Under the pieces are notes generated by a model that did no database searches, was not told the origin of the DNA, and worked only from the letters and a program-made list of their open reading frames with translations. A stretch of DNA of 64,000 nucleotides from Octopus bimaculoides (Eukaryota). Position 1 is the stretch's first letter; every line of letters starts with the position of its first letter. The stretch is taken from the NCBI RefSeq assembly GCF_001194135.2, contig NC_068987.1, positions 34,905,703 to 34,969,702 on the forward strand, in the 5' to 3' direction. Both the position numbers and the translations under genes were made by a program. Of this stretch, positions 11,125 through 23,732 are shown piece after piece.

Positions 11125-13318
11125 NNNNNNNNNNNNNNNNNNNNNNNNNNNNNNNNNNNNNNNNNNNNNNNNNNNNNNNNNNNNNNNNNNNNNNNNNNNN
11201 NNNNNNNNNNNNNNNNNNNNNNNNNNNNNNNNNNNNNNNNNNNNNNNNNNNNNNNNNNNNNNNNNNNNNNNNNNNNNNNNNNNNNNNNNNNNNNNNNNNN
11301 NNNNNNNNNNNNNNNNNNNNNNNNNNNNNNNNNNNNNNNNNNNNNNNNNNNNNNNNNNNNNNNNNNNNNNNNNNNNNNNNNNNNNNNNNNNNNNNNNNNN
11401 NNNNNNNNNNNNNNNNNNNNNNNNNNNNNNNNNNNNNNNNNNNNNNNNNNNNNNNNNNNNNNNNNNNNNNNNNNNNNNNNNNNNNNNNNNNNNNNNNNNN
11501 NNNNNNNNNNNNNNNNNNNNNNNNNNNNNNNNNNNNNNNNNNNNNNNNNNNNNNNNNNNNNNNNNNNNNNNNNNNNNNNNNNNNNNNNNNNNNNNNNNNN
11601 NNNNNNNNNNNNNNNNNNNNNNNNNNNNNNNNNNNNNNNNNNNNNNNNNNNNNNNNNNNNNGTCTCCCTCTTCCACTTTTTCATTTTTTGTTTTTAGACG
11701 ATTGGCAAACACTCTGTTTCTCCCCTTGTCACAAACACGCTATTTCTTTCTTTCTCTCTTGTTTCTTTCTCTCTCTCTTTCTGTCTTTCTCTCTTTCTTT
11801 CTTTCTCCCTCTCTTTCTTTCTTTCTCTCTCTCTTGCTCTCTCTCTCCTTCACGCGCGTACGCACAGATTTGACTTCGCCATGTCAACAAACTTCAAAAT
11901 TGGTAAAAGTTTATCGATTTTTACAGCTATACGCGGGGGCCTCTGTGAGTAAAAAGTTGACAAAAGCACAGATAGGGTCATGAACAATGTCCTCTTAAAA
12001 TTGGAGCGTCATGCGTGCTAATTTGTGGACGTGCATAACTCACATCACGTACACACACACACAAACATCTTGTGTTTTATAGATATTGATATTTCAAGTG
12101 CTGTGTGTCTTATCCTAATCATGGACATGTTATGCATGTTCTTTTTTACTAGTATAACCCATATTCATTGAAAGAAGAAATTCATGTGCTAGTTGGCAGT
12201 GATTACATGACGTATTTGCGCTAATTTCCCTACTCAATATCGTGAGTAATTGCATTGATTTATTTATTTATAACACTGCACTTCGTTGGGCATAGCAGTA
12301 GTATAACTTGTGAAAATATGTTACGGCGCAAAAGTTCTTGCGATATACTTCTATGCTGGAAAAAATCAAAGAACGGTTGTACGAATATGAAATTTCTTTT
12401 AACTTGCTATCTTGATTAATTTTTTCCTGTTAATTTCGTATAATTCAGAGAGAGAAAATGGCAATAACGTCGATTCCGCACTGATGCCATCCATACTTGT
12501 AAATGCAATAATAAATATACGGAAACTGAAAATTTTGATTTTATTCTCCAAATGTATAAGCAAGATTTATACACACTCATGGTATACAGAATAAATGACT
12601 GGATTAACAGATATATAATGGATAGTCTTTTCCAAACTAAAATAACCTGTGTGATGGCTGCTTGAATTTTGTTTCCTTAGTAGCGAGCAGATTAGAGATA
12701 ATATTTTCTGCCTGTAAAATATTAATAAAACAATAATCTGTTCTATTTCAAACGTGATCCATATTTTAGACATCCAGCTCCTTCTAGTTGAATTATGTTT
12801 CCTAACGATATTGTTGTAATGCTATATTTAAATGGGACTATTACTGTAGACTGCCTCACAGCAGCGACTTCATATTTCCTTCCGTTTTTAGTAAATGCTT
12901 GAATGCATGAATATATATAATTAATGGTGTATGTTTTGAAGATAAAAACACATGCACTCATAAGCCGAAATCTATATCATCCATACTCACTTACGCAGAT
13001 TGACTCACACACGCAATTACGTACATGCATACACACACACAGACATATATATATATATANNNNNNNNNNNNNNNNNNNNNNNNNNNNNNNNNNNNNNNNN
13101 NNNNNNNNNNNNNNNNNNNNNNNNNNNNNNNNNNNNNNNNNNNNNNNNNNNNNNNNNNNNNNNNNNNNNNNNNNNNNNNNNNNNNNNNNNNNNNNNNNNN
13201 NNNNNNNNNNNNNNNNNNNNNNNNNNNNNNNNNNNNNNNNNNNNNNNNNNNNNNNNNNNNNNNNNNNNNNATATATACACACATATATATATATATGCAC
13301 ATACATCCATATATATAG

Positions 13319-13365
<47 letters not shown>

Positions 13366-14055
13366 CTCATATATATAGGTAGATAGATGGATATAGATAC
13401 ATATATAGACACACACACACATATATATATATATGCGTGTGTGTGTGCATGTGTATGTGTGTATGTGCGTGTGTGCGTGCGTGCAGATCGGGTTGATCAA
13501 CTAAATTTCTATCTGCAAACCGGGTAATTGTCAGTGCTTGGTGTAAAAATCCACCAGAATTTTCTTCTTTACCCATTCAATATCTGTGTGTTATATACAA
13601 ACTTCTTTTTGTCGTGTCCATTCTACCGGGGAAGTATAAATCACATGCTATTTCATAGTCGGAAACAAGTATGACTGCCGAGTTTGAGAAAGACTGTTTT
13701 TGCAACTACGTTTAAAGTTTGGTCCCGTTGTGCAGCAGCTTGGGAACATATCTCTTAGTTTGGGTTGGATTCTTCCGTTAGATTGCGAATAAATTTGGTT
13801 TAAAGAAGCTATGTAAAAGCCTTCCGTGAGGCATTTCATATTTCAGGGTTTGACCGAAACACTGGTATACTCTCAGGTCTTTAAGGAGCTATATTTTGTA
13901 CCAAGATTTCTTGTTCTAATACACCATCTTTTATTCTTTATTTAGAGGCTCTGTCAGAAAAAAAATTGACCAGCATAACGTTCCTTTGGGCATCATTTTC
14001 CGCTCTATCACGTTTCAGAATGTATAAAAATGTGATATTAATAGCGATCCCCTGC

Positions 14056-14089
<34 letters not shown>

Positions 14090-15264
14090 NNNNNNNNNNN
14101 NNNNNNNNNNNNNNNNNNNNNNNNNNNNNNNNNNNNNNNNNNNNNNNNNNNNNNNNNNNNNNNNNNNNNNNNNNNNNNNNNNNNNNNNNNNNNNNNNNNN
14201 NNNNNNNNNNNNNNNNNNNNNNNNNNNNNNNNNNNNNNNNNNNNNNNNNNNNNNNNNNNNNNNNNNNNNNNNNNNNNNNNNNNNNNNNNNNNNNNNNNNN
14301 NNNNNNNNNNNNNNNNNNNNNNNNNNNNNNNNNNNNNNNNNNNNNNNNNNNNNNNNNNNNNNNNNNNNNNNNNNNNNNNNNNNNNNNNNNNNNNNNNNNN
14401 NNNNNNNNNNNNNNNNNNNNNNNNNNNNNNNNNNNNNNNNNNNNNNNNNNNNNNNNNNNNNNNNNNNNNNNNNNNNNNNNNNNNNNNNNNNNNNNNNNNN
14501 NNNNNNNNNNNNNNNNNNNNNNNNNNNNNNNNNNNNNNNNNNNNNNNNNNNNNNNNNNNNNNNNNNNNNNNNNNNNNNNNNNNNNNNNNNNNNNNNNNNN
14601 NNNNNNNNNNNNNNATATATATATATATATACGCTTTACATTTAATTGGCTTTTGAAAGAAAAACTCGAATTTTCCTGGGAGTAGATTAAGGGAAACATA
14701 GTGCCTCTCTCAAATGAGCTTTTCTTTGCAAAGTAATGCTAATTCACGCAAGGTGATGGGAAATCCATATTTATATGTTGATTTCCGACAAGCTCTGTAG
14801 AATATGCCATAATTTCCCAGAAATATTTGCGTGCAACAGTAATGCAGAGGAGAAAAAGATGCAAATTTTAATATGCTTTGTTCACCGTAATCTAAAGGGT
14901 CCCTTGTGACCAGTCCAAAAGAAAACATTACATGTGAAGGCATGGATATAAACGATGGATTGATCCAAATTGTTATTGCTATTTATACTATCAATATTGA
15001 CTTCTTTGATATTATAACATAAAAAGGATACCAATTAATGATGCAAGGCATTTGCCGTCCCCAAACAAATAGGGGGGGGGATATATCCGGTCGTTTGAAT
15101 CTGCTAAAACTAGCAGTCAATTTTTTCTCAAATACCCATCTTTCGCCTTCAAAAATATGTCGATTCAATATTGTAGTCAATCCTAAACAAACAACACAAA
15201 CAAACATATCATTATTTCAAATTTCGACACAATTTCAGCAATTTGTGGGGACGGAGTAAGTCAG

Positions 15265-15410
15265 CTGGTATCTATTTTATCTATGCCGAAACTTTGAAAA
15301 GCAAATTCGACCTCGGCACATTTAGAACTCAGACCATAAAGAGAGACGACATGCCCGCTAAGTAGTTTTATTAGGCGTCCTAATGATTTTGCCAGCTCAC
15401 CGCCTTTATG
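15265..15410 (-). mobile_element. tRNA-headed SINE family A
   Basis: Reverse complement begins aaggcggtgagctggcaaaatcattag...tctgagttctaaatgtgccgaggtcgaatttg, matching the copies at 19135, 53466, 61505 and 62250-62903. Confidence 0.75.
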
Positions 15411-16928
15411 CTTGGAAACATATTAAGCAATGGCCACCGTTGTGGCGCCTACAAAATGATACGAGCTCGTTTCATCAACAGGGCCGTTAAACACTATGAG
15501 AATATATGGACGGTAAGACTGCTACAAATATCAGAGAACGCTCTCCGATTTTCGACTACATTCTTCAAAATCTAGATGAAGTAAATAATATAGAATCTAA
15601 ATATAAATGCGGCGTATTTGGAATGAACTGTTTAATGTAACTCAATATCATTTTGGTTTAAAAAAACAACTTCAGTATGTTAAATCTAGGCTGAAGACAC
15701 ACTTATATTATTGTGCTTTATGTTATTTTAAATGATGTATTTTCACTATTGCACTGATGAACGGGGTAAGTCGATAAATGTGTGGTTTGAAATCAAAATA
15801 TAGATAGCGAACACACAACTTGTGGAGTGCATTTAGTACAGCTTTCTACTCATTTGGTTATATTCAACAACCACGTCCCACCTCTTATTGACGTTCAGTC
15901 CACAGTTTCGTCAATGACAACAGGTATAGAAAACTCTGCGAACAAAAGATATCTTAGAAATCAAAGCTGACTACTCACTGTTGAGATTGATTGAATAGAA
16001 TCAGCAATAACTATTAGACATTCATTTAATACGTGCTACACCTACAACCTTCCGCTTCTCTAATTCTGAATAGTCATTCTCCAGCAATAGTTTTCATATC
16101 TTGCTAAATGGTTTTCTCTCTTATGTCTAGCTTATAATTTTGCATTTAACCCAGCATTCTTCTATTTTCACCTCCCCGTTAACATCTCCGCCTCCTCCTA
16201 TATAAACTTTCCCTCTTACCCTGACCTTTGCCTCATAACTAATAAATTAATACTGCAATATGTGGTAATGCAGAGGTGAAAAAGGAAACAAAGAAGAGGG
16301 ACGTAAAAGATAACAGATGGCGGGGTAAACTTTTATGCTCGACCTACTAGAAATCGTATCTGGATTGCCTTTGATCGTGACTATCCAGTCTTGCTAAAAG
16401 TAGAATAACATTATCGCCCGTGTTCCTTCCCCACTCCGTCATTTATACAGTTAGCTGAAATGAGGGAGTTCTAGCTATATTGCTGCATCAAGAATGTGAA
16501 GAATGCTATTATTTTCACATACATTGTTTCTTACAAATTATTCCAGTCAGGTTTCTCTCTCACCCCTTCAATCAATATGACGACGTCGCTTGCTTGAAAC
16601 ACTATTTTCCTCATATTCGCCAACTCCTTCTCTGTCTCTGTCATCCTGTTTCTCTCTATCTCTCTCCTTCTCTCACATGTATCTTCTCTCTATTTATTTT
16701 TGTCATTCACTTTTAGTTAAATACTCGATTTTTTAAAATAAATTTTTACTCTCATATATTCCCTTGTGCATCATGAATCCTACGCTGACTGATCACCCCA
16801 GTTCTCACTCTACACGCACACACACACACAAACACACATACACACACGCACGCACACACACACACGCGCACACATACACACACACATAAACACACACACA
16901 CACAGACCGACACACACATACACACACC

Positions 16929-16964
<36 letters not shown>

Positions 16965-16970
16965 CATATA

Positions 16971-17100
16971 TACGACAGGATTCATTTAGTTTCCACCTAC
17001 AAGTACACTCACCAGGCCTTGGTCGGTCCAAAGTTATAAGTAGAAGACACATGACGAAACTGACAAGCAGTGAGACTGAAACCATACAGCAAGACTGCGC
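16971..17100 (-). mobile_element. SINE family B fragment (diverged)
   Basis: The segments ggccttggtcggtcc, agtagaagacac and gcagtgagactgaaacc are shared with family B. Confidence 0.65.
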
Positions 17101-18947
17101 TTATTTTTTTGCAATTTTTGTGAAACAATTCATGCTCAGTGAGTTCCTCCACACTTTCTCGGCATTGATTTCGTCGAATAGAAGAAGCAAAGGCAAGTGT
17201 AGGTGGACACCAATATTGTTAGGGCAAATTTTAGAGCGTAAGATGCCAGAACACATGTTATCAGGCAATTTGTAAAACGCTTTGTCGCCAATATATCAGA
17301 AAAAAATCTTACTTCGTTGTATGGATACCGCAGTGATAAGACGTGCTGTTCACCACTGTGAGATTTGAACTCAGAACATAAAGAGTCGGAGCAAACAACT
17401 CTAAACATCCTTCTAATAAAACTGCATATATCACTTATTATGCATTTAAAAAAACTAATCCAAAACAAAAAAAAACAGTATTACCCCTATTTGTAGCACG
17501 ATATGCTACAAACGGCATTTGGATAATACGGTAGAGGGAGATATGTAGTTAGGAGAAAGACAAGGCGGCCTCGGCTGAAATGTATTTGGTCGTACATCTC
17601 TTCAATGAATCTTTACATGAGGAAGACCTGAAGAACCTGTATGTTTGTGATCTCACAAGTGATTATACGCATTTCTTACATAAATTTCTTAATGGCTGTC
17701 TTTCTCTCTCTCTCTCTCTCTGTCTCATTTCACTCAGCCTCAAATTGACTCATTTTACAATACACAACAAACACAAGCACACACATCTTCATATACCCGG
17801 TTTTTCTTAAAGTTGCCTGCTCTTTGAATTCGCTTTCCCTCATTCCCCCATACGTGTGTGTGTATCTATGTACGTATATAAACCAGTATTTTCTCTAGTT
17901 TCATTACTTTCGATCTCTTTCATTATATACTTCGAATAACCTCCCGCTTTCTCTCATCTACATTTCTCTCGCTTTCTCTCTCTCTCTCTTTCTCTCTCTC
18001 TCCCATTCAATTTCACTTGGTACACCAATCCTCCACCGCTATTATTTTTGCATTACAAAATTTAATCAATTTATTTTCTCTCACGCTATCCTTCGCTCAC
18101 TCTCTTCTCAATAAGCAGCTGACTTTAATTGTTGCCTATCTTTAATTCAAGCTTTTCAAATCACTAACTTCCCCCCTCACACTTTTACTCCTATTATCAT
18201 TCCTTGCTACTCACATTGTTCTTTATATGAGATAGTTTGTGTTTTTCGTTTACAGTATTATTTGAAAAACGTAAAACGAAAGGAAAGAAAAGGTTGAACA
18301 AAATAATATAAACGATATGTACACACACACACCCACACACACAAACACACATGCACATATGTATATATATTCCACCCCTACATACACACTCATACACACA
18401 TATACACACACCACATACACATTTGACAGTGTTCGGTTTAAGAGTATCAACACTGAACAGAAGTAATTGCCATTGTTCCACCGCAACTTACATGTGCGCC
18501 ATACAAAGGCGTTCACCTTAATGCTAACAATATAAATTGTGCACAGAGAATTTGATATTTAGTGAATTAAAAAAAAAGAGAATTCAAGAATAAAAAGTAA
18601 ACAAGTATAATGCAAAATGAAAGAAAACCAAAGGGAGCAGCAATAATCAAAATAGTGGTAATTAAAAACGAGAGCGATTAGTGTAATACTGATGCTGAGG
18701 ATGAACATGATAATGGCAGAATGATGACGATGAGGATGACAAAGAAGGAAATGATGATGATGATGGTGATGATGATGCCGACGAAGAAAATAATGATGAC
18801 GATGACGACGAATATGATGATGTTGATATCATGTTTAATAGGAGAGTTACAAATATTAAAAATATTCAAACAATGACATTGATGACGATATGGTTGCCAC
18901 TGTTGAAGCTGATATCATAGACTGTGGATTGTGCCAAAATTGGAAGT

Positions 18948-19127
18948 CATCATCATCATCATCATCAACATCATCATCATCAACATCATCATCACCAACA
19001 TCATCATCATCAACATCATCATCATCAACATCATCATCACCAACAACATCATCATCATCATCATCATCATCAACATCATCATCACCAACATCATCATCAT
19101 CAACATCATCATCAACATCATCATCAT
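18948..19127. repeat. (CAT)n microsatellite with periodic CAA/CAC interruptions
   Basis: Direct reading. The poly-His/poly-Asp ORFs here are repeat artefacts. Confidence 0.95.
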
Positions 19128-19134
19128 TCTTATT

Positions 19135-19320
19135 AAGGCGGTGAGCTGGCAAAATCGTTATTCTACGATTCTACAGTTTCAGTTCAAATTCCACCGAGGT
19201 CGACGTTGCCTTTAATTCTTTTAGGGGTCGATAAATTAAGTATCAATTGCGTACAGGGGTCAAACTATTGACTGGCCTCCTCCCCAAAAATTTCGGCCGT
19301 TGTGCATAGAATAGAAAATG
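19135..19320 (+). mobile_element. SINE family A (internally deleted head) ending in an ATT tail
   Basis: aaggcggtgagctggc...ttcagttcaaattccaccgaggtcgac...ggggtcgataaattaagtatc...ccccaaaaatttcggccgttgtgcatagaatagaaaatg-ttattatt. Confidence 0.8.
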
Positions 19321-20255
19321 TTATTATTATTTTTTTTTATCACGTGCTTTCACTTCACTACCGAGCGCAGCTCTGTGTGCCTTGGGCATATGCTGTGGTT
19401 TGCTGTGATGCTCTTATGGTTACTGTATTGAAAGTGTTTTGCGTAAGATCTGTGCAGTGCCCAGTAGTGCAATTTTCTGTATGTTATGTATACTTGTAAG
19501 TCCTGCTATTTTTGTTATGTATTTGTCTGAATATTTTTTTAATTATACCTAAGGCACCTACTATGATAGGAATTGTTTCTGTTTTTAGATTCCACATTCG
19601 AGTTACTTCTCTTTCCAGGTCTTTGTATTTTGAAAGCTTCTCCATTTCTTTTAGAGAAACGTTGTCGTCTGCTGGTATTGATACATCAAATAGAAAGCAT
19701 TTTTCTTCATGATCTCTGACAACTATTTATGGCCTATTGGACTTAATTTCTCTACCTGTGTCTATTGCCACACCCCATAGTATGGTTGCTTTCTCGTTTT
19801 CTGTGACCTTTTCTGGCGTGTGTTTATACCATCTTTTTTTCTGTTGTTATTCTATAGTGTTGGCATAGCTTCCAGTGTATGTAGGTCCCAACTCAATCGT
19901 GTCTGCGAATATATTCCTTCTTAGCCAGGACTGGGCAGCCAGAGACAATATGATGTATTGTTTCTTGTCCATCTCCACATATTCTGCAGTTACTTGTTAT
20001 GTTTCTTTTCATCATATGTTTTTGGTAATTTCTTTTGTGGAGGCTTTGGTCTTGTGCAGCAATTAAAAATCCTTCAGTCACTGCTTTGAGTCCTGAGCTT
20101 CCCAGCCATTGCAGGGATTTTTCTCTGACCATGTCTTTTGCGTTTATTTCACCCAGTATTTGCCATGCAGGAGCTTTTTTTGCCATCGTTTTATCATGGT
20201 CCGTTGCTGTTCTAGTTTTAGTTTCGATTTCAGTTGTTTCATAGCTTTTGTTGTT
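19321..20255 (-). mobile_element. 5'-truncated R4/Dong-clade non-LTR retrotransposon (zinc knuckle + restriction-like endonuclease), pseudogenised, copy 1
   Basis: Minus-strand translation: EKSLQWLGSSGLKAVTEGFLIAAQDQSL...CRICGDGQETIHHIVSGCPVLAKKEYIRRHD, then NRP*IVVRDHEEKCFLFDVSIPADDNVSLKEMEKLSKYKDL...PIIVGALG (PD..D..K RLE motif). Stop at ~19420, short 3' UTR, (TAA)n tail. Confidence 0.9.
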
Positions 20256-20307
20256 TCTTCTTCTTCTTCTTCTTCTTCTTCTTCTTCTTCTTCTTCTTCT
20301 TCTTCTT

Positions 20308-20338
<31 letters not shown>

Positions 20339-20372
20339 GTAGTTGTTGTAGTAGTAGTAGTAGTAGTAGTTA
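20256..20372. repeat. Compound (TTC)n-(TAG)n microsatellite
   Basis: Direct reading of the sequence. Confidence 0.95.
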
Positions 20373-20409
20373 GATGATGAGGATCATGATGATGATGCAA
20401 CTGTATTTT

Positions 20410-20780
20410 GAAATGTAGGAAACGACGTGAAGGCTTTTACTTATACTGCCGCCATGTGAAGAATCTAGAGTCATTTCACTTACATAGTCACCAGCGAATT
20501 TTATAAATGACTTGGAAAGATGAGTTCTCTCCCATCCACACACAGAAATTCTCTGACAGGAATATCCAGCGTTGAAGCCATCACCCAACGCCTCTTCTAA
20601 GATGTGTCAGCCACGTTATCAGGATACCTGATAAACGTCTCCCTAAAATGGTCTTCTTCGGTGAACTATCAACCGATGTTCGCCCGCTCTTGTGACCGAA
20701 GAAGAGGTTCAACATGTCCTGAACTCCTGCAACTTTCAAGTGGGACAACTTGAAAACTTTGCTCAGAACCGTCATTTAGG
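20410..20780 (+). mobile_element. RTE-clade LINE fragment (post-RT region)
   Basis: Frameshifted translation YCRHVKNLESFHL...RIL*MTWKD...GISSVEA..QRLLRCVSHVIRIPDKRLPKMVFFGELSTDVRP..PKKRF matches the RTE QLRWAGHV..RLPK..FYGEL...R..GRPKKRF region. Confidence 0.8.
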
Positions 20781-23021
20781 AATGTATTAAAGGAATAAAT
20801 ATTGAGAGGTAGAGCGAAGACGAGATAAAGAGAGAGAGACTGTTACATTATTGAAATCGTTCTCAATGAAACGAAGCGGTTCTATCGAGCTTTGGTCGTA
20901 TTAATTGTACACACTACCTGATAGGGGCATGCAAGCTTAACAATAAGGAATCGATGGAGAAAAGTAAACGTGTGTTTGGTTGTCAAGAATGGTATCTCTG
21001 GGAAAACAATTCATCTAGGAGGGAATTAATAAAAATCGGGACGGTAAAATCAACAATAAAACCGCCTAAGTGTGATTTCAACTCGCTATCAAAAGTAGTG
21101 AAGTACATAAACTTACACAGTATCCATCGTAGTGATCTTGATACTAATGTGCAACCTCTAGCAGATCAATGAATGAATAAAATAAACGCTATTTAACGCC
21201 TTTCCACTAAATGTTATCGTTTCTCCATGATAAAATATATGCAACAGATGGAGTTAAAAATTGTTTAAACATGAGTGAGCATCAAAACATTAGTGAAGTT
21301 TTTTGAAGATATTAACCTCGCAGTCGATCCATTAAATCGATTGTAAAGAACTTATTGTTCCGTAAAAGATAGAAAATAGACATATTTTAAGCACTTACAT
21401 TGTTTTTCTACATGTCAAATTCATTGAAAGTTAAACTTGATAAAAATGATAGGCACGATGCAGATTTTATTTATGGAAGAGGTATTGTTAACTAGTGGTT
21501 GCACCTACTTTTCTGTAACTTATCCAGAAGAGAAACACCTGCAAAACTGTGGAAAATACCAAAATATGTATCTCTAGACGAGAGACATGGCCTGATTAAC
21601 TGTAACAATGTGACATTGGTCAAATTCATCCTAATTCTAGCACTCAAAATGAGGAGTCACCCTCAAGCATTCATATAGCCATTCTCTTCAAGTCGTTTGG
21701 CCGATTCGAGGCTATTGCAGGAGATATTTTTCAAAAGTGGTATCAAACCTGAAACCTTGCAGTAGCGAAGCGAAATTCCTAAGTACACAAACATATGTAA
21801 ATTTGAGTCTACATGGGAAAAATACAAATTTTATCCGATGACAATGGTACTCAGGATAAAGTGAACAATGTTTAATTTCGTGATGCCTCGTTTTCGGCTC
21901 TAAAGCGATTATTCTATCAATGAAAATTTCCAGTTTAAGCACTAGGTCACACATTAGGGAATATGTGAAGCATATATTTCAATGAGACGAAATAACCAGC
22001 ATATTGCATAACCAATGCCCACACAATTTATCTATCTATAATGGAAACACCCACGACACAAACAATCACAGTTTAGGCAGAAAGCTTCATTTTCATGGAG
22101 AATATTCTCTAACATTGTAAATAAACTACAAATTTTATATTTGATATTATTATAATTAAAATATGTTATTGTCATTATCAATATTGCATGAGGGAAAATA
22201 AAATTAAAAAAAAAGATGTGCTAAAATATCTCAGAATATAAAAATAAACTGCGGAAATATCTTAAAAGTTGGTGGGTGACATAATGAACGATATACTCTC
22301 CTTCATCTGGGAATACATTGTTTCCTGCCACGCAAGGAGGAAACTTTCAATTAGTCAAAAGTCTGATAAATCGATAGAGTTCTTTCCATTTATGCACGAA
22401 CTGTACGCTTGAATGATTAGGGCTTTTTAGTTTTAAATGTTTTTCTTTTAAATTGGGAACCAGAGACGAATACTTTTCCTGTAGGCTTCTGATATGTTTT
22501 GCTGCTGTCGCTACTACCTCTCTCGTTTTTATTATGTTGTTGTTGCTGCTGCTGCTGCTGTTGTTGTTGCTGTCTTTTTTTCTGTTTGTTCATTGGGATT
22601 TCAAATAAATCAAAATGGCAGATGTGATCGTAAGGATTCTTCGCATGGATTCTTGTTAACGCAACAAAAAAGGATGAGAGAAAAGAGAACAAAAGAAAGG
22701 AAAATAGGATAAGAGAGAAAAAGTTATATCGATAGCAGAATTTTATCGTCAGCAAAGGCAGTTTCGAAACGGAAATTCTCGGTTCAATTCCCTCAAAGAA
22801 TTCAAATCTTCTCTTTTCAAAAGAACACGTGACCTGTGATGTTAGTTTTCATATTTAAAAGGAGATGTAATACAATATATCATTCACTGGGATTCACTTC
22901 CATTGTATTTATGAAATCACCTATACACACTTGCATATAAATAACTAAATAACATTAGAGTGTACTCAATATGTCGGCTGCAGTATATTCTGCAAAATAG
23001 CATACATATATAGTATAATAT

Positions 23022-23058
<37 letters not shown>

Positions 23059-23338
23059 ACATACAAATGCATACATATATATGTGTATGTGTGTATGTAT
23101 ACAAATACATACATATGCGTGTGTGTATGTGCGTATTTATATTTTATATGTCAGATTATATATATATGAAAACACTTTCACATTGAGCGGAAGTATTATG
23201 CAACACTTTCAGTTGAATACGTTATCACGCTCTTATAAGAAAAATGTAGAAAGTGACTTCAAAATTTGAATCTGCTCGTGTTCGTTAGAATGAATGTGTG
23301 TGTGTCCGTACCAGAACTGAATACATTTATCGTCTATG

Positions 23339-23732
23339 ATTGTTGTTGTTGTCGACACTCCATCGCTTACGACGTCGAGCGTTCCGGGTGATCCGATCCA
23401 TGGAACAGCCTGCTCGTGAAATTAACGTGCAAGTGGCCGAGTACTCCACAGACACGTGTACCTTTAACGTAGCTCTCGGGGATATTCAGCGTGACACATG
23501 TGTGACAAGGCTGACCCTTTGAATTACAGGCACAACAGAAACAGGAAGTAAGAGTGAGAGAAAGTTGTGGAGAAATAGTACAGCAGGGTTCGCCACCATC
23601 CCCTGCCGGAGCCTCTTGGAGCTTTAGGTGTTTTCGCTCAATAAGCACTCACAGCACCCGGTCTGGGAATCAAAACCGCGATCCTATAACCGCGTGTCCA
23701 CTGCCCTAACCACTGGGCCATTGTGCCTCCAC
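23339..23732 (-). mobile_element. Full-length tRNA-headed SINE family C with (ACA)n tail and 8-bp TSD
   Basis: Head tggcccagtggttagggcag (A box) and ggttttgattccc (B box); tail ...gatggagtgtcgacaacaacaa. TSD CGTCTATG at 23331-23338 and 23733-23740. Confidence 0.9.

Noticed and set aside
13648-13690. tttcatAG|TCGGAAACAAGTATGAC giving GNKYD, like a small-GTPase NKxD motif
   Set aside because: An in-frame TGA follows four codons later with no donor site, and no other GTPase motifs are nearby.
15460-15480. Palindrome ACGAGCTCGT next to GAAA (minus strand), resembling a hammerhead stem III
   Set aside because: No CUGANGA-like core, stem II or stem I could be placed.
18856-19215. Poly-His/poly-Asp/poly-Ser ORFs
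   Set aside because: These are translations of the (CAT)n microsatellite in different frames.
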